DNA from: Rhodospirillales bacterium
Lineage (GTDB): Bacteria; Pseudomonadota; Alphaproteobacteria; Rhodospirillales; SHVQ01
NCBI GenBank assembly: GCA_009694195.1
Contig: SHVQ01000009.1
Span: 10,294-74,293 of the forward strand
DNA: 64,000 bases
Direction: 5' to 3'
Position 1 is the first letter of the stretch. Each line of letters starts with the position of its first letter. The notes beneath the pieces are model-generated. The model was not told the DNA's origin. It ran no database searches and saw only the letters and a program-made list of their open reading frames with translations. A program made the position numbers and the translations under genes. Of this stretch, positions 8,055-18,920 are shown in pieces.

Positions 8055-8930
8055 TTATTTCTTCCGGAGCAGGCGGCGGAGCAGGCTCGAGGTGTCCCAG
8101 CGCCGCCCGCCCATGCTTTGGATCTCGGCGTAGAACTGGTCGACGAGGGCGGTCACCGGCAACAGCGCCCCATTGTTGCGCGCTTCGGCGATGCAGATGC
8201 CCAGGTCCTTCCGCATCCAGTCGACGGCGAACCCGAATTCGAACTTGTCCTCGAGCATGGTCGTGGCGCGATTGTCCATCTGCCAGGACTGGGCCGCGCC
8301 CTTGGAGATCACCTCGACGACCTTCTTCGCGTCGAGTCCCGACTTGACTGCGAAGGAGAGGCCCTCCGCGAGCCCCTGCACCAGCCCCGCGATGCAGATC
8401 TGGTTGACCATTTTCGTGAGCTGTCCCGCGCCCGAAGGCCCGAGCAGCGTCACCGCTCGCGCATAGGCCTTGATGACCGGCTCAGCCTTGGCGAACGCGT
8501 CCGCGTCGCCGCCGACCATGATGGTGAGCACGCCGTTCTTGGCCCCCATCTCGCCGCCGGAGACCGGCCCGTCGAGAAACGCGATGCCCTTCTCCTTTGC
8601 CGCCTTGTAAACCTCGCGGGCGACGATGGCGGACGCGGTCGTGTGGTCGACGAAGACGGTGCCCTTCTTCATGCCGGCAAGGATGCCGTCGTTGCCGTAA
8701 ACCACGCTCCGGAGGTCGTCGTCGTTGCCGACGCAGGCGCAGACCACATCGGCGCCGGCCGCGGCCTTGGCCGGAGTGTCGGCCGAGCGGCCGCCGTACT
8801 CCTTGGCCCAGGCGTCCGCTTTGGACTTGGTGCGATTGTAGACGGTGATGTCGTGCCCGCCCTTTTTCACCAAGTGGCCGGCCATGGGGTAGCCCATGAC
8901 GCCGAGCCCGATAAACGCTGCTTTGACCAT
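8055..8930 (-). CDS. NAD(P)-dependent beta-hydroxyacid dehydrogenase (3-hydroxyisobutyrate / 2-hydroxy-3-oxopropionate reductase family)
   Basis: 291 aa. The N-terminal AAFIGLGVMGYPMAGHL Rossmann motif and the GAGQLTKMVNQ and DWMRKDL family motifs are present. Confidence 0.85.
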   Translation of the reverse strand: MVKAAFIGLGVMGYPMAGHLVKKGGHDITVYNRTKSKADAWAKEYGGRSADTPAKAAAGADVVCACVGNDDDLRSVVYGNDGILAGMKKGTVFVDHTTASAIVAREVYKAAKEKGIAFLDGPVSGGEMGAKNGVLTIMVGGDADAFAKAEPVIKAYARAVTLLGPSGAGQLTKMVNQICIAGLVQGLAEGLSFAVKSGLDAKKVVEVISKGAAQSWQMDNRATTMLEDKFEFGFAVDWMRKDLGICIAEARNNGALLPVTALVDQFYAEIQSMGGRRWDTSSLLRRLLRKK

Positions 8931-9072
8931 GCGACCTCCTCCCGCTTAGACATGGCGGCGCCGGTTCGGAAGCTCTAGGGCCCTGGCGAACCGGCGCGAT
9001 GTTCGGAACAAGGTGTCGCCCGTTCCGGGCGGCGGCGTCAAGCGCCATCGGTGCGCGCGACAGCGTTAGCGC

Positions 9073-9885
9073 CTAGTCTTCGGCGCACAGGCGCTCAAGG
9101 GACTGCCAGCTCTCGGCATCGGTTGCAACGAGCAAGTCGGCCGTCACTTGGCCCTGCGCCGGATCGTAAGCACCCCTGCCCTCGGTCAAGGCTACGATAC
9201 CGCCGGCTTCCTTGGATATGAGCGCACCCGCAGCGTGATCCCACGGCTTGAGCGGCGATCCATAGCGCGCAAAATGAAGCAGCCCGCGGGCGAATTCCAT
9301 GTATTCGTGACCGACGCAACGATAGCGCTCCAGGGCACCCGGAATGACGGCGCGGCCGGTGGCACCTTTCGCGAGGATGCGTTGCTTTGTCCTGCGCCCG
9401 ACCGAGCCGCGCATCGTCTCGATTGGACGTAGTGCCGCCACGCGAAGGCGAGCGTTGTTGAGCCAAGCACCTTGTCCTTCGCCTGCCCACACGGTCTCGT
9501 TCTCGACCGGGGCATGGATCCATCCGGCGCGGGTTGTGCCGTCGATGCACAACGCGACGATGACGGCAAAGCAAGTCGTTCCGTTGATGAAATTCTGCGT
9601 CCCATCGATGGGGTCGAGAATCCATACCGGAGCCGCACCCTTGAGGAGGCGAAATTGACCGGGATCGGTTTCAGCCTGCTCTTCGCCAACAACCGTCGAG
9701 CCGGGAAGAAGGGCGCACAAATCCCGGGCGAGAACGCGTTCGACCGCGAGATCGACGGCGGTGACAACGTCGCCTGCACGCTTTTTACTGATATCAGCGT
9801 CGGTAAGCCGGCGGAAACGCGGGAGAATTTCTTCCGCTGCCGTCGCCCGGATAATCTGGGCGACTTTGTCGAAATCGGGAGTCAT
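9073..9885 (-). CDS. inositol monophosphatase family protein
   Basis: 270 aa. VVGEE, WILDPIDGTQNF and the WDHAAG motif of the IMPase/FBPase-like family are present. Confidence 0.85.
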   Translation of the reverse strand: MTPDFDKVAQIIRATAAEEILPRFRRLTDADISKKRAGDVVTAVDLAVERVLARDLCALLPGSTVVGEEQAETDPGQFRLLKGAAPVWILDPIDGTQNFINGTTCFAVIVALCIDGTTRAGWIHAPVENETVWAGEGQGAWLNNARLRVAALRPIETMRGSVGRRTKQRILAKGATGRAVIPGALERYRCVGHEYMEFARGLLHFARYGSPLKPWDHAAGALISKEAGGIVALTEGRGAYDPAQGQVTADLLVATDAESWQSLERLCAED

Positions 9886-9889
9886 TCCA

Positions 9890-10159
9890 TCAGGTTGTAT
9901 AGATTTCCCGGTCGCGGTGATAGGCCGCGGAGAAATCAGAGAGCATCTTCGCTGCTTCCCCGCTGTAATCGGCGCGTTGGACCAACGCCTGCGTTACGAA
10001 GCATGCGAATGTCACCGCCTCTCCCTTCCCTTTCAAGTTGAAGGCGCGGGAAAAATCGCCCAGGTATTCGTGGACTTTCATGCGTGCCATTACGTTGAGC
10101 TGGCGTTTCACCAGCCGGTGCTTGCCGCGCCACTTTCGCTGATTTCGTGCTGTTGCCAT
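9890..10159 (-). CDS. small basic protein, possible ribbon-helix-helix / RepB-like DNA-binding regulator
   Basis: 89 aa. The basic N-terminus ARNQRKWRGKHRLVKRQLNVMA is followed by helices. It ends 4 nt before the IMPase start. GC3 is lower than in its neighbours. Twin palindromes lie immediately upstream. Confidence 0.4.
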   Translation of the reverse strand: MATARNQRKWRGKHRLVKRQLNVMARMKVHEYLGDFSRAFNLKGKGEAVTFACFVTQALVQRADYSGEAAKMLSDFSAAYHRDREIYTT

Positions 10160-10169
10160 TGCGGTTTAA

Positions 10170-10214
10170 ACTACTAGTAGATCAGCCTTGCTTCGTTCTA
10201 TTCTACTAGTAGAT
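10170..10214. repeat. two copies of the palindrome (T)CTACTAGTAG(A), 21 bp apart
   Basis: Read directly: 10171-10180 ctactagtag and 10202-10213 tctactagtaga. They lie between the hflX stop (10239) and the small-ORF start (10159). Confidence 0.9.
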
Positions 10215-10238
10215 TAAATGCAACCCTGTTCCGGGCGA

Positions 10239-11603
10239 TCAGCCGGCCGTCTGCGTTCGCTGCCGATGGGTGAAGCGGGCGGCTTCGGCGGGAGCGAGGC
10301 GGACCTTGAGGTGGATGGCCGTCTCCTTGTCTGTGCGCTCGACCACCTCACCGTGGCTGTAGAGCCAGGCGAGCGCGGCCCCCTCGCTCGGCTTCAGCTC
10401 GATTTCGACGAGCGCTTCGCCTTCGCCGAGGCGGCGGTCGATAACGGCGAGCAGTTCCGGGCATCCCTCCCCCGTTTTCGCCGACAGCGGAACTACCAAA
10501 ACGTTCGCGCGGCGCGCCCGCGCCACGAGAACCCCGCGGTCGGCCGGACCCAACAGGTCGATCTTGTTCAACGCCTCGATGACGCGTCCGGTGTCACCGT
10601 TTTCAATACCAAGATCGTGCAAAACGGCCTGAACATCGTCGCGCTGCACCTCCGAGTCCGAGTGCGACGCATCGCGCACGTGTACGATGAGATCAGCCTC
10701 TAATACTTCCTCCAGTGTCGCGTGAAAGGCGTTTACGAGTTCGTGCGGCAGATCGGAGATGAATCCTACCGTGTCCGAGAGAATGACAGTGCGCCCGGAC
10801 GGCAGCTTGAGACCGCGCATCGTCGGATCGAGCGTGGCAAAAAGCTTATCCACGGCCGCCACTCGGGCCTTGGTGAGCTTATTGAACAAGGTCGACTTCC
10901 CCGCGTTCGTATAGCCGACCAGCGCGACTGCCGAATAAGGCACGCGCCGACGAGCCTTTCGATGGATATCCCGAGTGCGCCGCACGTCTTTGAGCTCTCG
11001 GCGAAGCTTGGTGATCCGCTCGTCCAGCAGCCGACGGTCCGTTTCTATCTGTGTTTCGCCCGGGCCGGCGAGAAAGCCAAATCCGCCCCGCTGCCGCTCG
11101 AGGTGGGTCCAGCTCCGTACGAGGCGGCTACGCTGGTATGTGAGCTGGGCAAGCTCAACTTGCAGGCGCCCGTCGCGGGAGCGTGCGCGCGAAGCGAAAA
11201 TCTCAAGAATTAGACCAGTTCGGTCAATGACCTTGCAATGCCATGCGCGTTCCAGATTGCGCTGTTGTACGGGGGTCAGCGCGGCATCCACAAAGACCAG
11301 AGGAATCGGTTGCGGTTCCCTCCCCTTTGAAGCGTCGTCGGCGCCGACGATCGTCCCGATCCGATCGACGGTTCCTTGCCCAAAAAGGGTCGCTGGCTTT
11401 GGCCTTGCGAGCGCAAGAGCTTCCGCATGGATGACGTCGAGGTCCAGGGCTTCGGTCAACCGCCGCGCTTCTTCGAGCCGGGCCTCTGGATTCCGGCACG
11501 CTGTACTTGCCGACTTGCGGTAGGGGTGGACGACGATGCACGGTGTTCGCCCACCGGCTCTCGTCGGAACCATTCTTCTGGATCGAGGGAATTCGGCGGT
11601 CAA
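10239..11603 (-). CDS. hflX: GTPase HflX
   Basis: 454 aa. [16 protein letters not shown] (G1), DTVGF (G3) and NKID (G4) are present. It lies directly downstream of hfq. The start is assigned to a TTG and is uncertain. Confidence 0.9.
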   Translation of the reverse strand: MTAEFPRSRRMVPTRAGGRTPCIVVHPYRKSASTACRNPEARLEEARRLTEALDLDVIHAEALALARPKPATLFGQGTVDRIGTIVGADDASKGREPQPIPLVFVDAALTPVQQRNLERAWHCKVIDRTGLILEIFASRARSRDGRLQVELAQLTYQRSRLVRSWTHLERQRGGFGFLAGPGETQIETDRRLLDERITKLRRELKDVRRTRDIHRKARRRVPYSAVALVGYTNAGKSTLFNKLTKARVAAVDKLFATLDPTMRGLKLPSGRTVILSDTVGFISDLPHELVNAFHATLEEVLEADLIVHVRDASHSDSEVQRDDVQAVLHDLGIENGDTGRVIEALNKIDLLGPADRGVLVARARRANVLVVPLSAKTGEGCPELLAVIDRRLGEGEALVEIELKPSEGAALAWLYSHGEVVERTDKETAIHLKVRLAPAEAARFTHRQRTQTAG

Positions 11604-11860
11604 GAGACCTCTTCCGCCGCCTCTTCCTTGTCGGGTTCAAAAAGCTGAATTGGCACGGACGGCATCACGGTGGAGATTGCGTGCTTGTAAACGAGTTGGG
11701 TATGGCCGTCCCGGCGCAGCAACACCGAAAAATTATCGAACCATGTCACGATGCCTTGTAGCTTAACCCCATTCACCAGAAACACTGTAACCGGGGTCTT
11801 GTTCTTACGAATGTGGTTTAGGAACACATCCTGAACATTCTGCGATTTTTCGGGCGCCAT
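11600..11860 (-). CDS. hfq: RNA chaperone Hfq
   Basis: 86 aa from the ATG at 11860. [58 protein letters not shown] matches the Sm1/Sm2 motifs. Confidence 0.95.
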   Translation of the reverse strand: MAPEKSQNVQDVFLNHIRKNKTPVTVFLVNGVKLQGIVTWFDNFSVLLRRDGHTQLVYKHAISTVMPSVPIQLFEPDKEEAAEEVS

Positions 11861-12014
11861 GGGCGAATTTTCCCCTCTTTTTTGTTGTACCTTTTGTTCC
11901 TGCCCAGCAGCGGAACATGGTTTTGTCATTGTTTCCCGGGTACGGGCTCTGCTGCGCTGGATGTATACCATAAGCCCTAGATAGGTCGATAATCCGAAAT
12001 TCATCGGTTCGGGA

Positions 12015-12677
12015 TCACAGGCTTTTCAGCAACTCCGCTAAGGCCCTCAAATCGGCCACATGATGTGTGGGTGGGTGCGCCGCAAATTCACCCGGTTCAG
12101 GTGGCGTGGCGCGTACGAGAACCGAAGTTAATTTCGAGTTGAATGCGCATTCGAGGTCGATATCAGCGTCGCCCGCGAACCACACGACTCCGCTGCGATC
12201 GACCCCGCTGCCTGAGAGCGCGAGATCAACAGGCTCACAAGCCGGCTTGTCGCGTGCCGCGTCTGATGCTCCGATCATGCGGCCGAAATAAGGTTCCCAT
12301 CCGAGGTGTGCGGCTTCAGTCCTCAGATGCTCCCCCCTTTTGTTGCTGACCACGGCGAGGTAAAGGCCGTGTTCCTTCAGAAGGTGGAGGAGCTCGCGGG
12401 CGCCCGGAAGCGGCGTGAGTTTTTGGAGATGAACGGCCTTGTAGCGATCGTAGAACACCTGACCCGCCTCCTCCCAGCGCTCGCCGAAGAGAAGCGGGAA
12501 ACTGTCGCGCATAGATTTTCGCACCCGGATCTTGGTCTCGGCGAGAGACCACGGGTCGCGTCCAAATGCCTGCAATGTCGCGTTGAGAGCGTCGTGGATG
12601 ACGCCCCAAGTGTCGACGAGCGTATTGTCCCAGTCGAACAGGATGGCGCTAGGTCGGCCGCCGATCGGCGCAGGCAC
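12015..12677 (-). CDS. HAD-superfamily hydrolase (phosphoglycolate phosphatase-like)
   Basis: [12 protein letters not shown] (the DxD motif I), VVSNK (motif II) and GDADID (motif IV) are present. The start is assigned to the GTG at 12677, just downstream of the dat stop. The track start at 12764 would overlap dat by 83 nt. Confidence 0.75.
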   Translation of the reverse strand: MPAPIGGRPSAILFDWDNTLVDTWGVIHDALNATLQAFGRDPWSLAETKIRVRKSMRDSFPLLFGERWEEAGQVFYDRYKAVHLQKLTPLPGARELLHLLKEHGLYLAVVSNKRGEHLRTEAAHLGWEPYFGRMIGASDAARDKPACEPVDLALSGSGVDRSGVVWFAGDADIDLECAFNSKLTSVLVRATPPEPGEFAAHPPTHHVADLRALAELLKSL

Positions 12678-12681
12678 TCTC

Positions 12682-13551
12682 TTAAGCCTCGGGCTCCCCG
12701 GCCCGCTCCATGCGCTCGGCGTACATGTCGATGAGGTTTGTCGTAAGTTCGCCGATGTCACCATTTCCGATAGACGTGCCGTCGATGCGGGTCACGGCTT
12801 TCACATGGTTGGTGGAGCTCGTGAGGAAAGCCTCGCGCGCGGCCTTTGCCTCCTCGACCGTGAATGGCCGCTCTACGAACGTCACTCCGTTCTTGCGAGC
12901 GACCTCTAACACCGCAAGGCGTGTGATCCCATTCAGGATGGCGTGGCTCGCGTCGCGCGTGATCAACTCGCGTTTGCTGTTGACGATCCAGGCGTTGGTT
13001 GCCGTTCCTTCCGTTACACAGCCGTCGTCGTCGATCTGCCATGCCTCATAGGCGCCGGCTTCGACCGCCTGCTGCTTGCCAAGAATGTTCGGCAGAAGCG
13101 AAACCGACTTGATGTCGCGGCGTTCCCAACGGATGTCGGGAATCGTGATCACGTCGACCCCAACAGTTTTGGCTGCCTTTGCGTCATACTGCTTCAAGTG
13201 ACGCGCCGTCATGACGACTGCGCATTTGGCGTTCTTCGGGAATGCGTGGTCCCGGCGTGCGACTCCGCGGGTGATCTGCATATAGACGAAGCCATTCCGC
13301 ACGCGATTTCGGCGGATGACCTCACGGGTCACCGACTGGAGCGCGCGCCTAGACATCGGCCAAGGGATGCGGAGCGATTTCAGCGAGTGATCAAGACGGT
13401 CGAGGTGGCCTTTTTCGTCGAGCAAGTGCCCTTGCTGTACGGCGATTACTTCGTAGACGCCATCCGCGAACTGATATCCCCGGTCTTCCACATGCACTCT
13501 GGCTTCTCGATGAGGCACATAGCGCCCGTTCACATAGGCGATCCGCGACAT
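12682..13551 (-). CDS. dat: D-amino-acid (class IV) aminotransferase
   Basis: 289 aa. MSRIAYVNGRYVPHREARVHVEDRGYQFADGVYEV and EGTATNAW are typical fold-type IV aminotransferase motifs. Confidence 0.8.
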   Translation of the reverse strand: MSRIAYVNGRYVPHREARVHVEDRGYQFADGVYEVIAVQQGHLLDEKGHLDRLDHSLKSLRIPWPMSRRALQSVTREVIRRNRVRNGFVYMQITRGVARRDHAFPKNAKCAVVMTARHLKQYDAKAAKTVGVDVITIPDIRWERRDIKSVSLLPNILGKQQAVEAGAYEAWQIDDDGCVTEGTATNAWIVNSKRELITRDASHAILNGITRLAVLEVARKNGVTFVERPFTVEEAKAAREAFLTSSTNHVKAVTRIDGTSIGNGDIGELTTNLIDMYAERMERAGEPEA

Positions 13552-13737
13552 TCCATTCCTCCGTCCGCGAGTTCCTTGCCCGAGTCTCTCTGTGACGTAG
13601 CATAGCTCTAGAAATATGCCAATTGAACCGAGGACATACTCTCGACTGTGCCGTTAGCGGTGACGTTGTTCCTATCGAGAGCGCGTTGAGTGGCGGGGTT
13701 AGAGCCGAGAGCGGCCGGAATCCGCTGACGACATCCT

Positions 13738-15195
13738 TCACGGGCCGGCCTCTTCACCAACAGAGCTTGGGGCAGACACCAGGATCGGCCCGTCCTCTCC
13801 CCCGCTGTCGGGACGCGCTGTAATCCCGAGCGCCTTGAGCTTGCGATGAAGAGCGGCGCGCTCCATCCCGACAAAGGACGCCGTCCTCGAAATATTACGC
13901 CCAAACCGATTGAGCTGGGCAATGAGGTACTCCCTTTCAAAGACCTCGCGGGCGTCCCGCAGCGGCAGTCCCATGATCCGGCTGTTGCTCTCGACATTTT
14001 TGGAGCTCTCCGGCGAGGCGTCAAATTCGGGAGGTAGCATCGACGCGCGAATAGGTTTCGTGGGGTCGCCCGGCGCCATGATAACGAGGCGCTCGATGAT
14101 ATTTCGAAGTTCCCGCACGTTGCCCGGCCAGGGATAGGCTTGCAGTGCCGCGGCCGCGTCGTCGGCGAGCGGCCGACACGGGCGGCCAGTCGCTTCCGCT
14201 GCTCGTCGAAGAAAGACATCCGCAAGCAAAAGGATGTCTTCCCGCCGATCGCTCAGTGGAGGCACATTGATCGGAACCACATTGAGTCGATAGAACAGAT
14301 CCTCGCGAAATTGACCCGAACGGATTGCTTCTCCGATATCCTTGGTCGCTCCCGCGATTACCCGCACGTCAACTTCAACTCGAGTGCTCCCGCCCACCCG
14401 CTCGAAGACCTGCTCCTGCAGAACTCTCACGATCTTCCCTTGAGTCGCGAGCGGCATGTCCGTGACTTCGTCGAGAAAGAGCGTACCCGTGTGGGCCTGC
14501 TCAAAGGTCCCGATGCGGCGCAGTCCATCGCCGCCGGCGGGCGCCTTTTCGGTTCCGAACAGCTCGATCTCCACGCGATCCGGGCTCATGGATGCGCAAT
14601 TAAGTACGACAAAAGGTCCGTCCTTGCGTCGTGAGCGGGCATGAACGAGGCGCGCTACGACTTCTTTTCCAGATCCCGGGGGGCCTAGAATCAGAACGCG
14701 ACTATTCGTCGGTGAAACGCGCTCGAGCGCCGCCTGCACCTCTCGGATGGCAGTTGATCGACCGGTTAGCTCGGCCGCTGACGCGCCCGCGAGCAGCCGC
14801 AACTCGGCGTTCTCACGCGCAAGACGTGCCGCCTCAATTGCCCGCTGCACCAGGAGGAGAAGCCGATCCGCCTTGAATGGCTTTTCGATGAAATCGTAAG
14901 CACCGTCCTTGATCGCGGCGACCGCAGTTTCGATCGTCCCGTGCCCGCTCATCATGAGGACAGGCACGGCTGGATGTTGTTGCTTGATGTATTTCAGAAT
15001 CTGCAAGCCATCGAGCTTGCTGCCCTGCAACCAGATGTCGAGGAGAATAAGGCTTGGCGGCCTAGCTGCGATCGAGTCGATCGCGGCGCTGCTGTCCTTT
15101 GCCTCGCGCGTCTGATAGCCCTCGTCCGCCAATATGCCGGACGTGAGCGCACGGATGTCCGCCTCGTCATCGACAATGAGTACGTCGAATGGCAT
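13738..15195 (-). CDS. ntrX: sigma-54-dependent response regulator NtrX
   Basis: 485 aa. It has a receiver domain (ILLDIWL), an AAA+ domain (GPPGSGKE, GTLFLDE) and a C-terminal HTH, and follows ntrY. Confidence 0.9.
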   Translation of the reverse strand: MPFDVLIVDDEADIRALTSGILADEGYQTREAKDSSAAIDSIAARPPSLILLDIWLQGSKLDGLQILKYIKQQHPAVPVLMMSGHGTIETAVAAIKDGAYDFIEKPFKADRLLLLVQRAIEAARLARENAELRLLAGASAAELTGRSTAIREVQAALERVSPTNSRVLILGPPGSGKEVVARLVHARSRRKDGPFVVLNCASMSPDRVEIELFGTEKAPAGGDGLRRIGTFEQAHTGTLFLDEVTDMPLATQGKIVRVLQEQVFERVGGSTRVEVDVRVIAGATKDIGEAIRSGQFREDLFYRLNVVPINVPPLSDRREDILLLADVFLRRAAEATGRPCRPLADDAAAALQAYPWPGNVRELRNIIERLVIMAPGDPTKPIRASMLPPEFDASPESSKNVESNSRIMGLPLRDAREVFEREYLIAQLNRFGRNISRTASFVGMERAALHRKLKALGITARPDSGGEDGPILVSAPSSVGEEAGP

Positions 15196-15207
15196 AGCCC
15201 GGTAATC

Positions 15208-17484
15208 CTACGACCCTTGCGAAACCGTGGCGTCCAATACGGCCCTCGTCTGCGAATTCCCTTCGCGAGGCTCGGAAATCGGTTCCTCTGATTCACGGAA
15301 GATGAGCGACACCCGCGCTCCACCCTCTAGCCGATCCTCAAGAACCAGATCGCCGCCATGATCTTCCATGATTTTTTTTACGATGGCGAGCCCAAGTCCG
15401 GTGCCCTTCGTCCGCGTCGTTACATAAGGCTCTGTTAGCCGATCGCGTTCCTCGCTCGGCAGTCCCTGCCCGTTGTCCTCCACGACGATGCGCGTCACCC
15501 CGGCGGCTTCCCCGTTCTGCTCGACGGAGAGGCGGACCCAGCCAGGATCTCCGTCAGAGGGCCCCGCCCGTCGAAGGACGATCGATTCCGCGGCATTCTT
15601 CAAGAGATTGGCAATTGCTCGCGCGACTTGGCGGCCGTCGCATCTAAGGCCGATATCTTCTTGCGGGAGTCTGACGTCGAATGAAATTTCCGGAAACCGG
15701 TTGCATTCAAGGAAGACTGTCTCCCGGCAAATACGCGAAAGATTCTCTGGCTTAAGGGAAGGTTGCGGCATCCGCGCGAACGACGAGAACTCATCTACCA
15801 TCCGGCCGATGTCCTCGACTTGGCGAACGATGGTCTCGGTGCACTGGGCGAATGTCTCGGGTTCGCTCGTGATTTCCTTTAGATACTTCCGCTTGAGCCG
15901 CTCCGCGGAAAGCTGAATCGGCGTCAACGGGTTTTTTATTTCATGGGCGATGCGCCGCGCGACGTCCGCCCAGGCAGCCTTCCGCTGAGCGGACAGGAGT
16001 TCGGTGACATCGTCGAATGTAACGACGAAGCCGGCAGCCTCTGTTCCGGACCGCTCGCCCGCGATACGTACGAGGAATGTGTGGAAGGTGCCCTTCGTGA
16101 CGATCTTGATTTCTGCCTGACGGACTCGTTCGGGCCTGCGCATGGCCTCGGCGAGCAGTCCTGCCATTTCCGGGATCACGTCTGCAAGCAGCTTGCCGAT
16201 TGCGCTATCGATGTCGATCCCCAGGAGGTCGGAGGCCGAGCGGTTGGGAAGATTGATGCATCCGTTGGAATCAAGACCGATGACGCCGGCCGAGACGCCT
16301 GCCAACACGGTCTCCGTGAACCGGCGGCGTTCATCCAGTTCGCGATTGGCTTCGATCAACCCGCGCTGTTTATTCTCGATCTCAGAGGCCATATGATTGA
16401 AAGCCCGGCTTAGCGTCTGGAGGTCACGCGGCTCGACTCTGTTTTCAACGCGTACGCTGAGGTCGCCTTTACCGATCCGCTCGGCCGCTGCGACAAGACT
16501 GGCAATTGGAGCCGTAAGCTGAGTCGCCAGCATTAGACCAACCCAAACGGCGGCGAGCAAAACGAGCAGGGCGACCACCGCAAACATCATGATGAAGCTG
16601 AATTGAATGCCGACGCGCTCGCGTTCGATTGTGCGATACTGGGCCACCCCCCGCTCGACCCGCTGCATGTGGTCGAGCACGCGGCTATCGATTAGCCTTC
16701 CGACGATCAGGTAGGCATCTGGGAACCGATGGAGCCGCACAGCCGCCCTAACGCGGTCATCCTGTTCGCTCGTTAGAACTGCGATCTGGCCTGCGCGCGC
16801 AACTTCCATCGCCGCAGGGGGAATCAAATCGAATTCCAGAGCCTGGCTGAATTCCGATCGTGCAAGTGTTCTACCCGTGCTGTCGACGAGGATCGCCTCG
16901 CTTAGAGAGCGGAGCGATGCCTGTGCGGAGAGAACCTGAGAAAGAACGCGCGGATTAAGCATCAGATTGAACGCTTCGCGGTTGAGATCGTTGGCCATCG
17001 CGAGCGCATCGGCCCGGATATTCTCCCGGTGTTCCTGAAAGTAAGCTTTCGCGACAGTGTGCGAGTCTTCGATCGCGCGCTTTACCCGCTCGCTAAACCA
17101 AGCTTGCAACCCGATCTCGAGAAACGTCGCCGAAAAAATAGCGACAAGAACCGTCGGGACCGTCGCTACGAGGCCGAACAACACAACCAAGCGGACGTGA
17201 AGGCGTGATCCGGCGAGGCCGCGACGCCGCTCAAGCCAGAGCGCGAGCAGACGCCACCCGACGACGATTCCGAGGAGTACGAGTAACGCAATGTCGGCCT
17301 TCAAATAGTCGCCGATCGTTTGCAGATCTGACGTCCGGTTGGACATGGTCAAAACGGTGACCACGCCCCATACCATCGCGGCAATGCCCAGGGCATAGGC
17401 GAGCCAGCGGGCCAGGCTGACGCCAACAACCCGTACGCCGGTCCACCTCAAGAACAGAGGCGCACTCTGCTCCGTTTCGCTCAT
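15208..17484 (-). CDS. ntrY: sensor histidine kinase NtrY
   Basis: 758 aa. It has N-terminal TM helices, HAMP, PAS, an H-box ([12 protein letters not shown]) and an HATPase domain (GTGLGLAIV). Confidence 0.9.
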   Translation of the reverse strand: MSETEQSAPLFLRWTGVRVVGVSLARWLAYALGIAAMVWGVVTVLTMSNRTSDLQTIGDYLKADIALLVLLGIVVGWRLLALWLERRRGLAGSRLHVRLVVLFGLVATVPTVLVAIFSATFLEIGLQAWFSERVKRAIEDSHTVAKAYFQEHRENIRADALAMANDLNREAFNLMLNPRVLSQVLSAQASLRSLSEAILVDSTGRTLARSEFSQALEFDLIPPAAMEVARAGQIAVLTSEQDDRVRAAVRLHRFPDAYLIVGRLIDSRVLDHMQRVERGVAQYRTIERERVGIQFSFIMMFAVVALLVLLAAVWVGLMLATQLTAPIASLVAAAERIGKGDLSVRVENRVEPRDLQTLSRAFNHMASEIENKQRGLIEANRELDERRRFTETVLAGVSAGVIGLDSNGCINLPNRSASDLLGIDIDSAIGKLLADVIPEMAGLLAEAMRRPERVRQAEIKIVTKGTFHTFLVRIAGERSGTEAAGFVVTFDDVTELLSAQRKAAWADVARRIAHEIKNPLTPIQLSAERLKRKYLKEITSEPETFAQCTETIVRQVEDIGRMVDEFSSFARMPQPSLKPENLSRICRETVFLECNRFPEISFDVRLPQEDIGLRCDGRQVARAIANLLKNAAESIVLRRAGPSDGDPGWVRLSVEQNGEAAGVTRIVVEDNGQGLPSEERDRLTEPYVTTRTKGTGLGLAIVKKIMEDHGGDLVLEDRLEGGARVSLIFRESEEPISEPREGNSQTRAVLDATVSQGS

Positions 17485-18920
17485 TTTCCGCCCCGCACGA
17501 CCGGAATATTAAGCTCGCGGATTTTTTTCCGAAGTGTATTTCGGTTAAGGCCGAGGACTTCCGCCGCTTTGATTTGATTGCCGCGGGTGGCCTTGAGCGT
17601 GAGGGTAATCAATGGCCGCTCGACCTCTCGCATCACTCTCTCGAATAGACCAGCAGCGGGCAGTTCCTTCCCGTGGGCCGAAAAGTACGCCGCCAAATGT
17701 TGCTCGATGGTCAAAGAAAGTCCGGGCGACTTGGCTTCCGTTGCGTCGATACTGTCGTGTCCGAGTTCGGCGTCGATGGCCTCGGGACCAATTACTTCTT
17801 GCGCGTACAGCGCGGCGAAACGGCTCACCAAATTCTCGAGCTCACGGACGTTCCCCGGCCACGGATGACGCGTGAGGCGCTCCATGGCAGCCGAATTGAG
17901 TACTTTCGGCGACAACCCTTGTTCCGCGACCTTTGCCATGAAATGGCGCACCAGTTCCTGAATATCTTCCGTACGGTGCCGCAACGCCGGGACCCGAACG
18001 GGGACTACGTTCAAGCGGTAATAAAGATCTTCCCGAAAGAATCCCTGGCGGATGAGGCGCGGTAGGTCACGGTGCGTCGCCGCGATAATACGCGCGTCTG
18101 CCCGGATTGGCGTACGACCGCCAACAGTGGTGTAAACGCCATCCTGCAGGACGCGCAGAAGGCGGGTTTGCGCTTCCATTGGCATGTCGCCGATTTCATC
18201 GAGGAAGAGCGTGCCTCCACGCGCTTGCTCAAATCGTCCCTGCGTTCGCTGCATTGCCCCCGTAAAAGCGCCCTTCTCGTGGCCGAACAACTCGCTCTCG
18301 ATCAATTCGCGTGGGATGGCTGCCATGTTGACAGCAACAAAGGCCCTCTTTTTGCGCTTGTCATAATCATGGAGCGCGCGGGCGATCAACTCCTTGCCGG
18401 TTCCTGATTCGCCCACGATCAGAACGGTAAGGTCGGTTCCCACAAGGCGGGCAACTGTCCGGTAGACCTCCTGCATGGCGGGCGAGCGACCGATCAGCGG
18501 GAGGCGCTCTTCTTGCGGGACCGCTGGCGAGAGCGCGGACGTTGGCGCGTACCGTGCCTCCAGAGCTTTTCGAACCGTGCTGACCAATTCATTGATGTCG
18601 AAAGGTTTGGGGAGATACTCGAAAGCTCCTCTCTCGGTCGCCTGAACGGCGGTGAGCAAGGTGCTCTGGGCACTCATTACGAGGATTCGAAGATTTGGCC
18701 GCGTCTTTCGGATGCGTGGAATAAGATCGAGACCGTTACCGTCAGGCATCACAACGTCGGTGATGACGAGGTCTCCTTCCCCCCGATCGATCCACTGCCA
18801 AAGTGTCGACGCATCGCCTGTGGTGCGCACGGTGTATCCAGCTCGGCCCAGCGCCTGGCTGACCACGGTGCGGATAGCGCTGTCATCGTCGGCAACCAGA
18901 ATTGTCGCGGACGTGTTCAA
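17481..18920 (-). CDS. ntrC: nitrogen regulation response regulator NtrC
   Basis: 479 aa. It has a receiver domain, a sigma-54 activator AAA+ domain ([22 protein letters not shown]) and a Fis-type HTH. Its stop overlaps the ntrY start. Confidence 0.92.
   Translation of the reverse strand: MNTSATILVADDDSAIRTVVSQALGRAGYTVRTTGDASTLWQWIDRGEGDLVITDVVMPDGNGLDLIPRIRKTRPNLRILVMSAQSTLLTAVQATERGAFEYLPKPFDINELVSTVRKALEARYAPTSALSPAVPQEERLPLIGRSPAMQEVYRTVARLVGTDLTVLIVGESGTGKELIARALHDYDKRKKRAFVAVNMAAIPRELIESELFGHEKGAFTGAMQRTQGRFEQARGGTLFLDEIGDMPMEAQTRLLRVLQDGVYTTVGGRTPIRADARIIAATHRDLPRLIRQGFFREDLYYRLNVVPVRVPALRHRTEDIQELVRHFMAKVAEQGLSPKVLNSAAMERLTRHPWPGNVRELENLVSRFAALYAQEVIGPEAIDAELGHDSIDATEAKSPGLSLTIEQHLAAYFSAHGKELPAAGLFERVMREVERPLITLTLKATRGNQIKAAEVLGLNRNTLRKKIRELNIPVVRGGK

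Noticed and set aside
12678-12764. Upstream extension of the HAD hydrolase ORF, overlapping the dat 3' end.
   Set aside because: The extension is Ser/Pro/Thr-rich and overlaps dat by 83 nt. A GTG at 12677 sits just after the dat stop and 13 codons before the DxD motif.
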